64,000 nucleotides of DNA from Chlorokybus atmophyticus (lineage: Eukaryota; Plantae; Mesostigma and Chlorokybus algae): assembly GCA_009103225.1 (NCBI GenBank), contig RHPI01003366.1, positions 63,794 through 127,793 of the forward strand. Direction: 5' to 3'. Shown piece after piece: positions 46,813 to 58,418 of this stretch (the first letter of the stretch is position 1; every line of letters begins with the position of its first letter). Position numbers and translations under genes: made by a program. Under the pieces are notes generated by a model that was not told the DNA's origin, did no database searches, and saw only the letters and a list, made by a program, of their open reading frames with translations.

Positions 46813-47830
46813 TTGTGCGACCTATGCGATGATAACTGATATGCCAAAGATCATTTTGCAAACTACGCCGGTGCATCTGATTGCCTCGTGAGCGGCGTGG
46901 GTGATGTTACTTTCTCAAAGGAGACCAACATTGCCGACTATGCCAGTGATGGATCCATCCCACATGACTGATCTTCAGCCCATTGAGACTGCCGGTATGT
47001 TTGCAAAAATGACGCAATGGTGTGTGTCATTTGCGTGAATGGGACACGCCATGCCTGTTCGTGCTCATGTATTTGTGTGTATGCTGCATATGCAACGCCA
47101 AGCTAGCATGCGGTTCCTACCCACATCCACAGGTACATGTGCCATGGTGGCGGGTGTGCAGACATTAGTTTGCATGACCCAGTGCAACCTTGCGCTTGTC
47201 CCGGCTCACGCAATGGTCGTGTCTCGCGCCATGCCACAGTCGCAGCTGAAAGTAGGCAAAGACATGTTGGATGTCACTACCTTCTATGGGTCTTAGCTGC
47301 TCTCTCATGCTAAACCAAACCAGTCATTGCCAGCATGATATCTTCCCTCCTCGCTGCCAGCGATACACATGAGTTCCAAGCCTTCCTGACGAGTACACCT
47401 GCTCTTGTGCACCTAATTGTTTGAGTTGTATTGCACATGTACACCGCAACTGATGTGACGCATGCCCCTACCTTGTGCAGGTAGTTTGGCAGGTTCACGA
47501 TAGCTGCTGCTGCCTGCCTCACTGCCTTGCACGCACATAGGTCGAGCCCCATAGCTAGCAAGCTAGCTAGCTGTGCCTTGTCGTCGTGGTTGATATTGGT
47601 TGTGTGCTTGAGTGCTTGCTTGTTTGCATCTTTGTGGCCCCTGTATTACCCTATGCCTGTGCCTAACAGCACGTCATATAACCTGTGCACATGCGCAAGC
47701 AAGCACTGCCAATAGCAACATCCTTTCATCCTCGACAACTTCCCTGCAGCACGTTAGTGACCAGACCATTGGTGAGTTCCTTGGCTCAGCTTTGGCGATG
47801 TACGAGGGCGTGCAGGAGACTGGCACAACT
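46813..47830 (+). pseudogene. Transferrin-like pseudogene fragment (C-terminal half of one lobe)
   Basis: LCDLCDDN*YAKDHFANYAGASDCLVSGVGDVTFSKET (TGA at 46837, second TGA at 46969); exon 47133-47251 CNLALVPAHAMVVSR; IASMISSLLAASDTHEFQAFLTS; NILSSSTTSLQHVSDQTIGEFLG. Colinear with transferrin LC.LC..Y.GY.GA..CL..G.GDVAF.K, C.LA..P.HAVV, ..F.LF.S and ..YLG. No 5' exons found. Confidence 0.75.
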
Positions 47831-47924
47831 ACATACTGGCCCACACCACCCTCAGGCTTACTGCAGTCAACCTCCCGCACACCATCGACAACACCCACAC
47901 CTACCATCATCAGGTGTGGGATGA

Positions 47925-49930
47925 TGGGTCATCAGCCACATCTAAGGGTGTGGAGGACAGCGGTCACCTGCTGGCCCTCAAGCGGTCGCGGAAAGTGGCT
48001 TTAGGCTTCTTTAATACTCGTAGGTCATGAGCCTTGTAGCAAAAGTGACTGCGATCACTGTATGGTAAATTCACTTGGTTCCAGTGTTTTAAGCCTGGCA
48101 TTTGGCAAGGGTATGCTGCCACATGCTGAACAAGCACATGAGCTGTTTGTTGCCAACACGACACTCTATACTGTACATGGAATCATAGACTTCAATGTAG
48201 CCGGACATATCCTAATCACAACATACACAATAACCTTCTATCACATCTGCACGAGAGGTGCTATCCACAATGTGAGCTGAAATGTACAATTCAGTGCCTC
48301 TATACAGACACCAAGCAGAACGGCTGCTGGCCAAGTTGCAAAGAGTGTGAAAAGTGTGCGTCTTCAGCTGGAACACCTGCTGCCAAGACCCCAGATACGA
48401 ATACGACTGCAACTCGCCGTAGACAAGACGCTACAAGAAATTTCCGGTGTCTTCCGACCGTAAGCCTCAGAACTTGAAACCCTTCATGTCTTGGGTTGGG
48501 AGGGAGAAGCAAACACTCAGCTGTCATAGGATGCATTCCAATGCTCTGTGACACATGCCACGTTGTTCAGGCATGCCATACGGCACAAAGGCCATCACCT
48601 GTTCCCAACAGGAAAGCAGCCTCACCTGCCAGGCGCAGCATGGAAGAGAAGTAGCTTATTGGCCAGGTGTCCATCAATTTCCCAATCGGTTTTGTAACAA
48701 TACGAGCAGGCCAGCTCCTGACAGTTGTGTGTGCCAATGAGTACCGTGCGTCGTCATCTTCATAATGTTTATTGGAGGTTGTTCCATCGCGCAAGCTGCT
48801 TGGCCTGCCAGAGCTGTCAACACATGCAGATACACGTAAAGAAGCAGAACTGTCACGCTCAATGTGTCACCTCGCAGCGTCCTTCTGCATTGCAAACTCC
48901 ACCAAGTCCTTCGCGAAGCCAACCAGTTCTGAGGCCAACCAGACAACTTCAGCAAAACATGTAATCAACACGGGTCTCAGCGTGCAGCTGCAGTCGTGCT
49001 CACCTTCCCGCAACTCCTGCCGTGTGATGCCACTCTCTTTACAGCCAGCATCACCGTTCTCCTTCACATTAAGTGGCGTATTGTGTTGAGCGCTGACAGC
49101 ATTGGCAAGATCACGCACTGCGCTCGTGAGGTCCGTCAGCTGGCGCGAGTGGTTATCCAACAGCAGCGTGATGCGCTCACACTCTGCACAGCAACCGTTG
49201 GTGTCCTTGAGCTGCAAGGAAGGTGTACTAATGGGTGGCAATTGGGGCGTGCTGCCTTACCTGTCGCATGCGTGGAAGTTGTCAGGGCAACCGCTTGAGA
49301 GGCAGCTTCGCGAGCAGCTACAGTAAGCTCTTGCTGTAGGCCAAGCACAAACCAAGTTAGCACAGGCAAGGTGCTGCACGGTGCATGCTCGTGCTCGGTG
49401 TGTTCTTGCACGCTCTGCACGCTTTTTGCACCTTGCGAGTATCAGGTTGAGTCGCGGCAGCTGCCTGACTGCGCTTCGACCCGCCAGCAAACAACCACTG
49501 CCAGCAACGGCGACATAAACGGTACACACAAGTACTTGCATAGCTTCAAGGTCAAGCGGTGAACCAACTGCAATTCGCTGCTCACCCATGCAGCTGCTGC
49601 GGCTACAGCTGAAGCGCCAGCTGCTGCCGCCACAATGACAGTCTGGGGCAATTGCGGCTCAGCAAACAAGCGCTGCCAGCTGTTCAAGAGTGCATGCTGT
49701 ACAAGATAAGGAAGCAAAACACACGCCTTTCAGGGTGGTCTTCAAGGAGCAGTACCGAGCACACTACTGATTGGTTAAGCAAGCATGCAAGCGCCCACCT
49801 GTGGTGCGACGTTGCGCTCGTCCTTGCCATTGTCGTCCAAGGGCTCACAGCCAGCCAAAGCGTCCGTTGGCGACGGCGACAACGCCGCCGTCAACGACGA
49901 CGACGAAAGCTCAGGCATTGCTGACATCAT
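47925..49930 (-). CDS. Multi-exon gene of unknown function with an N-proximal hydrophobic helix and short coiled coil; possibly degenerating
   Basis: ATG 49930 MMSAMPELSS..NVAPQ|GTGGG; HALLNSWQRLFAEPQLPQTVIVAAAAGASAVAAAAAW|WLFAGGSKR; CAECERITLLLDNHSRQLTDLTSAVRDLANAV; SWPARIVTKPIGKLMDTWPISYF; HVAAYPCQMPGLKHWNQVNLPY. Canonical splice sites, but some phase joins unresolved. Confidence 0.5.
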
Positions 49931-50364
49931 GTGACTGACATGGCATGCACAGTTGCTTCAAGAAACCACCACCTGCCGAATAGTATACATAGCTTCAGCG
50001 CCACATAGGTTGCAACTCAGAGTCCCACTAGCCAAACACGGAGTACAGCTCAGCCAACTTGACGCCAACACCGCCGCCTAGGCGCAGGAAACTGCGCCAC
50101 GTGGCGGAGAACCCATAGCGGAAGCAAACGGCACGGAAGGGAACAGAGCACAGGAAGCCATGCATAATCCATGAATGATGCATTTCCCCCCCCCCAAAAC
50201 TGTGTTATCAAGACCCAGTTCATGAAACAGCATTGCGATGACACTGTCATCATGACAGCCATTCTAACTCGGGTTGGAATTTCCACCCCTAATCCAGCCC
50301 TCTTACAGAGTTGGGACACACTGCAATTGAAGTCCCGGCCTGGGACGTTTTCCAGGCAGCAGCC

Positions 50365-53300
50365 ATGGAAGGCGTGGCGAACGGCGACAAGGAGGCGGCG
50401 ACCGCCCCGGACGCCGAGGCCTCTTCCTCGGGCAAGCAGCAGGAGCAGCTGGTGGATCAGCTGCGCAATGCCCTGAAACAGGTCAGCCAGCTTACCTAAC
50501 TGGGTTGACTTCGCTTGCATGGTTGCTGGCTTGCCTGCTTGTTCGTTGAATGGCAGCTTATTGTTGTCACACACAAGCACACGCACAGTCCTTTAAGCAC
50601 AAACTACGTACAGTCCTTCAATGCCGGGGCTTAAGGCACGCAAGCAGACACTGCGCTGCACTCGAGAATTGAATATATCAAACTTAGTTGATCCCATTGC
50701 AGTTGACATTACCACCACGACGACAGCATTGGCGGATGTAGCTGCTTTGCTCTCAGAGTGTGCTAGTGTATTGTGTCGCTGTACGGCTGCCTAGTATTAG
50801 CAGGTGGTGAACTTTGTAATGACTTGCCACATTCCCCATGGATTGTGTGTGTCTGTCACTCACATTGCAATTGTCACACGTCCGAACATAGGACAAGCAG
50901 CACTCTGTTTGAATTTGTGTGTGTGCATGTGATGTGGCTGGCAGGCTCTGAAGGAGCAGTCTGTCTTGGAAGCAAAGCTGCTTGCTGCCACGCAAACCAA
51001 AGCTGCAACAGAACAGGTGTGTAAACAATGACATCACGCTGTCGCTGTCACTGGTGTTGTTGTTGTTTGGCTGATTGTTCTTGTACACTTGTCAAGGAGG
51101 ACTCATTGCTGGCGGTTCAGTTGAAAGAAGCCAAAGGCGAAGCCGAGCGTGCGAAGAAGCAGAAAGCCGCGCTTGAGCAGAAAGTTAAAACCCTCGCGGC
51201 CGCTTTGGAAAAGCGCATACAGACACTCAATGCCAGCGTTGAAGTATGTTGCGCGCACCAGTATTCTTACATTACAGAATTTTGCATTGTGGTCCGCTTG
51301 ATAATTGTTACACCCTCATAGGGAAGCAAAGCAGAGAATGATGAGCTTAAGGCGGAGAATGCACGATTATCGGATACGGTCTCGGAGCTTGAAGACCAAG
51401 TTCAGCGTGTGCTGGCAGGTGCGATTGAGTGGTTTTCCTGTTCAAGCTTTGCACTAGCAATCGTTGGGTTGATAGTCGAATGTGTCATCAATAGATAAGA
51501 CAAAGGTTGTTGAGCAACATCGGGCGACAGAAAGGCAGCGCAGCCAATCTGATGACCTGGCAACAAGGCTGCAGGCTGAGGTGAGCTTTAGAGGGTCATG
51601 CGATGCCTGTGCGTGTCTAAGTGTGCTTGCGCATGAATGCGTACATGCATGCGCAATGCGTGTGACACTTAGCCCACAGGTGGCCACAGCGCATCGCGAG
51701 ACAGCTGAAGCCAATGCGGCCCTCGCTGAGTGCCGGTAAGTGTTCACTTAGCATGTTGTTGTGTCAGTTGACCAGACTCTTCGCATCTCACATCAGATCT
51801 ATACTGCTGGCAGGTCGCAGCTGTCGGAGTTGCAAACCCGGTTCGAGACTGAGTCTGCGGGTCGGGCGATGAGCGAAGATGAGCGCAACGGCTTCAAAGC
51901 TGCATTATCTGTTGTGTCGGCAGAGAAAGCGGCTGCCGTTGCTGAAGCCGCGCGTTACAGGGATCAACTCAGGCAGGTTGGTGTGTGTTGAAAGTTGTCA
52001 TCTTGTGTTTGTTGCTTCTGTGTGTTGACTTGGTGTTTGACGGTTGTTCAGGTTGGAGAAGAAGGCAAGCGCGCGGTCAAGGTGGCATCAGCAGCGGATG
52101 CGCGTGCTGCTGCGGCGGAAGAGCGCCGCTACACTGCTGAAGCTGCATTGGCAGAGATGATGCGAAAGAGTGGGGAGGTAAGCAACAGCAACTTGCACAT
52201 CCGTGCTCGCAGGTTTCTCGTGCCTGTGTGGGCGTGTTTGCTGAACCTGAACAACAGCAACAGTAAGGAACAGCGTGCACGCGAGCTCACATGTGTGTAT
52301 GTGTGTGTGCATGTGCATGCGCGTGCGCGTTTTTGCCATCAAGTATAATACGGGCGTCTTGCATGCTGTGATTGACGAGGTGGTTGCGTTATAAGTCCAC
52401 CATGCAGCTGTTGACTGCTGTATGTGCATGTGACAGGCACAAGGCATGGCAGAGAGGCTGAAGGAGGAGGGCGAAAGGAGAGCAAAGGCATTCAACAGGT
52501 GAGAGGACATACCAATAATCAGTCGCATTGTCACACGCAATCATTCTGCATCGCTCGAGTCAACTGACACCAACTTCTATAAGCATAGCGACCAATATGC
52601 ACATGTTCATGCAACAGTGCCGTGAAGGCGGCGGTGGGGAGGATGCAGCAGGAGTGGGAGGAGGAGAGGGCGGAGCTGGTGGAGAGTTTAGACAAGGCCA
52701 GGCTGGCTGCAGAAGAGCGCGAGAGGGAGGTTGCGGAGAAGCGGGAACGCGAGCGCCGTGACTGGGAAGCGCGCTTGCTAGAAGCACAGGTGCACACCTG
52801 TGCACACCTTTCTAGGAGGGCATTGGTCTATGCAAATGGCTATTGTTACCCTTGTATAATGGCATTAAAAGTGTGCATTGCACGTGTCAGCCACAGCTGA
52901 CAGCTACGGTCTGTAGCCGAAACTCTCTCGTTAACCAGATTGTGTTGTTTGTGTTTCTTGTGCGTAGCTTTGTCAGGTTGCCATGCAGCATGCCATTGTG
53001 ACGGCGATCTTTACCGTGTGGTGTATTTGCATGTGCAGACTGCAGCCACAGCAGAGGCCGAACGCTTGCAAACCAAAATCGCCGAGGCGCAGGAGGCCTT
53101 AACGTCCACGCGCACGGACCTTCTCGCACAAATCGCAACCGCGACTGCCGCTGCAAGCAATGCACAACAACTTGCTGAAGAACTACGCACTCAGGTACCT
53201 GAGCTTGTGCGTGATTGTTGCGCTGATACCTGTTGTACTGACCCTTTCGCTGTTGGCCTTGTCTCATGTAGATGCAACAGAGGGAGGCGCAGCTTGCAGA

Positions 53301-54803
53301 AGAGGCACAATCGGCAGGGGCAGCCGAGGAGTCAAATATTCGGTTGAAGGCTAAAGTGGAGAGCCTCGCTAGGGAATTGGCTGACGCAGAAAAGCGTGTT
53401 GTTGCAGCACAGGTGGGCAAGACATCCAGCACCTTGTGTTTGCTTGCCCCTATTCTTGCCCCCATTCTTGCATGACATCAATGTTGCAATGCCAATGCCT
53501 TTCTGACAAAGATTGCAGAACAGAACATCAGAAGCACAACTGCACATGCATTGGACCAGTCTACAGGCTGACGAGTGTGATTATCTTTGAGCCAACACAC
53601 CGCGTGTGCACCAAGGTGTTGTTACTCACTCTGCATATGTGTCAGGAGACGGCCAAGGTGGCGCAGGCAATTGCTGCCGCAGCCGCTGCCTCAACTGCAC
53701 CTCAGGAGAATGGCTCCGCGGTTGTTGTGGTCGAGCTGGAAGCCCGTGCTCGCGCGGCCGAAGCGCGAGTGCGCGAGCTTGAGCAGACCCAGCAGCTTGC
53801 ACAGCAGCAACAGGTTTGTGAGCTAACCCTGCGCGTGCGCACAGAGACACACGCGTGCGTGCATGCTCACGGTCTTAATATGGCTACCAGTCCCAGTCGT
53901 TGGTGTTCACTCAAATGCAATGCAGAGCTGAGGTTCTGTCTGCATCACTGCTGTATATCCTCAACACACTCCAAGTCACAACCAGCATGCAAGGTCAAAC
54001 CCATGTTTGCAGCAACGCATCAACGTCTTGGAGGCGATGGGTTTGGACTCAGTGCGCGAAGAGCGGTTGAGATGGGACGGTCAGCTGAAGCAGGGTGACA
54101 TTGAGGTACGCATGCCTTCCATGGCATTGATACCATCACTATCACCCGCAGTATCACATGCAGCGTCATAGTCTTAATGGAGTTGACCGTCGCGTGCAGT
54201 CTGTTGGCGTGGCGTTGATGCGATCCAAAGAGAAGCGGCCACCTACGCGCAGCGCCACTTCAACAACAGCGTCAACACTATCAACCGCGTTGGCTTCAGT
54301 CCCGGTGATAGGTGGCAGGCTGGACGCTGTGTTGAAACGGTTGCGGTTGATTAACAGCAGTACCAGCGACCCACGTTACCGAGGCACCATCTCCATGCGC
54401 AGCGCCCTCCTGCTTGGCTACCTTGTCACCCTGCACATCATGGTACACATTGGCCTCGTTTGTTTACATGCATGTGGCTACTCGGGTTCTATACACCTCA
54501 TCCATGCAGAGACACAAGTGCGTGGTCACATTGCAGCCATTAAGCATAACGCTTGTTTCTCAGGCGCTCTCTCTTTCTTGCTTGTGCTGTATGTGCTGCA
54601 CATCTCACTGCACACGCAACAAGAACTCTGCTCTTGCTTTTGTAAGAGTGTGTTGTTGTGTCCAACACACTCTCACAGGTGTCTTGCAATGACACTGGTG
54701 TCTGGCTGTGCAGGTGATGACATCTTATGCCAACCACCCGGCCACAAGCTGCGTGGATGCGAGCAGCGAAATCCGCCAGAACCTTCCAGGGTTTGTAGGG
54801 TAG
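50365..54803 (+). CDS. Golgin-84-like tail-anchored coiled-coil protein
   Basis: ATG 50365 (MEGVANGDKE); many A/E/Q/R-rich coiled-coil exons; near the C-terminus MRSALLLGYLVTLHIM|VMTSY TM segment (R..Y...LH pattern) and short lumenal tail; TAG 54801-54803. Confidence 0.7.
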
Positions 54804-55702
54804 CTCCACAACCTACGTGTACAGACGACGAATACGCTTACTGATCAACATGCCATGACAGACCATCTCTTTGTGTACGGGGTGCTGTGTGCAACCACCA
54901 TTGACCTCAACAAGGCCAACGCAAGTGTGTAATGTGTGACATGAGGTCGCTGCGCTCGCATCAAGCATTCAGGCACATTTGATGTGTACAAGCTAGCACG
55001 CCCGCATGTGCTGCACACAGCCAGCATGCAACAATAGCTTGTGAAACTGTTATAACAACACCATACTTCTGTGCCACACATTTATAGAAGTTCTCAGTTG
55101 TCAATCCATGGGCCTGGGCCTGGTATTGTGCTGGCGTAGTGTAGCACCTCCAATTATGGCTGGCATGCCATGTCGTATCACAGAGCAACGCCTAACAAAC
55201 CAACACAACCTATGCCGAGTTGTCTGGGACAATGTACGTCTTTGTGAGCCAAGCTGCAAGGAGCTAGCCCAACACAGTGCGTATAGCCCGGTGGTTGTGT
55301 TGCTGTGAATGTGCTTGCATGCTGTTTGGCATGCTGTGAGTGAGGTCATGCATGTCTCCAACTACTGGCAGCATATCCTGTACAACATCAGGTACGAACA
55401 TCGCATAGACAACATGGCGGCTGGGGCGCCTTGCCCCAGATACTGGGCCATGCATTCAACAGGTAGAAAGCTTGTACTGCCTGCAGTTGAAGATTGGGAC
55501 CCTACAGCTGCACAAGCAGGTTGGATCCGCAAGGCGTGCCTAGCGTGATTGGCCTGTCTGGTTGCCTGTGGTATGCTGACTTAGAGTAACCCCTGACTAT
55601 GTAAAGCACTTGGTAACTTGCTCACCTTCGTAATGACTTTGTTGAATGCCGGTGCGCGTGTAGCCACAAAAGCAGAAACAATGAAAGCAATGGGCAAAGT
55701 GC

Positions 55703-58089
55703 TCAGGTTGAATGTCCTTCTAGCACAGGGCCAGCCATGGAATCAAGGTCGTGAGGGAAAAACAACCTGTGAAGCATCAACAAGTAAACCACACGTAAAC
55801 CTTGAGATTGAAACATGCTATTGATACAAGAAGCTGCACCAACATGTGCAGAGATCAGCACCTGCAGGTGTTCTCGTACAACATGCGCGCAAGCCCTGCA
55901 ACGTTCTTGATCTGCTTGTGGCCCGCTATTACCTCCAAGACTTGCCTAGCAACACGCAACATGTTCATGTCTTGTCATATCAGCACAGGAGTACACATCA
56001 GCAGTCTTGATGAGGTAACACAGCTGTATTATGTGACACTGTGCGTTGCTTTAGATCAAACCTGATGTGGCAGGGCTCATTGCGGCCCTTGACAGTGGAC
56101 CCTTCCTCCCACTTCTCCTTAGCCTTCACTGGCCACTTCGTTGTTATGTGCTTGCTGCCTGCATGCGAGTTGCGAATCTGACAAACGCAGACAACAGTTA
56201 TTCACAATTGCAGGTAGGCGCACAGAGCTTGCAGTCAACATGTAAGCCTCTCTTTGTGTTGCAGAGCTTACATCACACCAGGGAGCGTCCGTTTCAATCA
56301 TCATCCTCTCAACGGGAATGGAATCAAGAACTTGAAGATTTTCTTCCGTTTTTAGCGAGCAGCCATTGATGCCTGCATGTTGAGGTCACGTTTTAAGATT
56401 GGTCAGACAGATATAATGTTGTGACAATCAACACACATCATGACCAAGCACTACAGCAAACAAACCACAAAGCACCTATATACACATTGGGGAATGACAG
56501 CAGCTGTTGCGCTTCGTCTGCAGTGCCCGTAAACGAGTGCACCACACCCCCTCTAAACCTAAGCGTACAGCCAACAGAATGACAATCACTTTAACTCGCA
56601 GTTTCTCTGTCAATCACCTCTTCTCAGCGTGTTTGGCATGCATATCGCAAAGTCATCTCATGCGCTTCGTGTACGCTTGACAAGTACACTTGAACCGTCA
56701 TTGCATATATGTGTGTACGAGGTGCACGTTCAGCAGTATGACCGACATGCACATGACATGCACTAACCTGTCTCTGTTGCGTTGCAGAGCCTCAACAAAG
56801 TCCCCCGCAGCTGCGCGCAAATGCAGAAACATTGGCAACCCTGTCGATTGCGCCACCTCAAAATGCCTCTCAAACCACCTGATTGGGCAACTGTGTCAAC
56901 CTGTGCATATGAAGCAGAAAAACTACGCCAGTGACGGTACCTTATTTGCACTTCCTTTGGAGAGAACTGAAGGCGGTCATAATCCAGACCGCACTCGCCA
57001 ATGGCAACCACCTGTGTATTGAGAGTTCTGCATGCGTAATGACAGATACCCTGAAACACACAGTGTCATCACAAGGTGCCACATTGCTGCTTATGCTTAA
57101 GCCACCTTTCCTCGCGCAGCGCCTTCTTTTGCAAGTTTGGTCAGGGACGCCAAATAAGACTCTGCATCAGGCGCATTCTCAAGCTCCTATACGGATTATA
57201 CAAAGAGATTGATAGCTGGCCTGAATCAAACACTGTCGCGGGTACTGTGCAGTGTATGCATACACTTGACTAAATACATGACAAAGAAGAGTATTGTGTT
57301 TACCAGAGTGCGTGTTGGGTGGACGCCAACAGTAGAGTACAACCTGGCTGCGCAAATCATTCGTTTGACACGCACACAACACAGCATCTTCTGTAGAATG
57401 CACTGCGAAGGCCCCAACTCGGGATCAACACAAACTGTACTGAACTTCTTACCATCAGACTCTGCCGACTCGAGCGCTTCTCCCGACTCTGCCAAAGTGC
57501 CGCCAGTGATCTGGAGTCACATACACAATTTCAGGAGAGAAGTGGAAACAAAGTTTACAAACAGAGATTCTTGCCACAATGACGGAACCCACGAACCATT
57601 ATCCTCTCAACACCGGCGTCCCACGCCCGGCCCAGCACGCGATGGAGATCCGGAGGGTGCGCAGCCTTGCCATGGTACACGCCTCGGAACATTGAATCTG
57701 TTATGTTGGGAGTTGTTGCATGGGTGACAGCACACAACACATGTGTTATAACAATGTGTTCTACATTGCTTTGAACCAATGGAACACAAGATGGCTAAAC
57801 GGAGTAGACAAAGTACCTGTGAGATTGGCGCCTATGTCTGCGCAACAAGCGAGCACGTTATGAGTGTTTAACAACAGATGCGCACAGCAAACAGCGCTAA
57901 GCTTTGACACATGCATACACACACCACGGACAGGACTCAATGAAAAGTTTGGTACAAACAGTGGACAGAGCAAGGCCAAGAGCATCCGAACACGTGCACA
58001 GCTATAGCAACCACCACAGGCAATCAACAACGAAACAGTGAATAGCAAATCAAGGCAATCCTTTTAGTACCTATGAACTTGAACGCCAT
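55703..58089 (-). CDS. TATDN1: TatD DNase (TATDN1 type)
   Basis: MAFKFI|DIGANLT|[16 protein letters not shown]..|ITGG..|[10 protein letters not shown]..|[14 protein letters not shown]..|LPMFLHLR..|GVVHSFTG..|[18 protein letters not shown]|..KGRNEP..|..ENTCR|LFFPHDLDS*, stop 55705-55703. Confidence 0.95.
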
Positions 58090-58418
58090 TGTTGCCTGAG
58101 CAGCCGTCTTGACAACCACAGCCACCGCCGTCGCCACCACCGCCACCGCCGTAAACGGCACACAGCATAGGCTGCAAAGCATGCATTTAGTGCCTTAATG
58201 CTCACGGAAGCTTTCGTTACAATCAGCGGTGGAGGGTCGTTAAGGTCAGGTGAACGGAGTGGGTTAGATCACTGAATGACTCAGAGCTGAGCTGGCGGTG
58301 GTGAAGGAGGTGGCTGCGGCGGAGGCAGTGGCGTAGCAAGGCCGGTGCTGGACAAGCAGGACGAAGCGGGAGAAAAGGATTTGTCCAGGCAGCACAGGGG
58401 TTTTGAGTTTCCCTGATC

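Noticed and set aside
46837-46971. In-frame TGAs in the transferrin region as selenocysteine or readthrough codons
   Set aside because: Several stops, an apparent frameshift, missing 5' exons and no recognisable SECIS; decay is more parsimonious.
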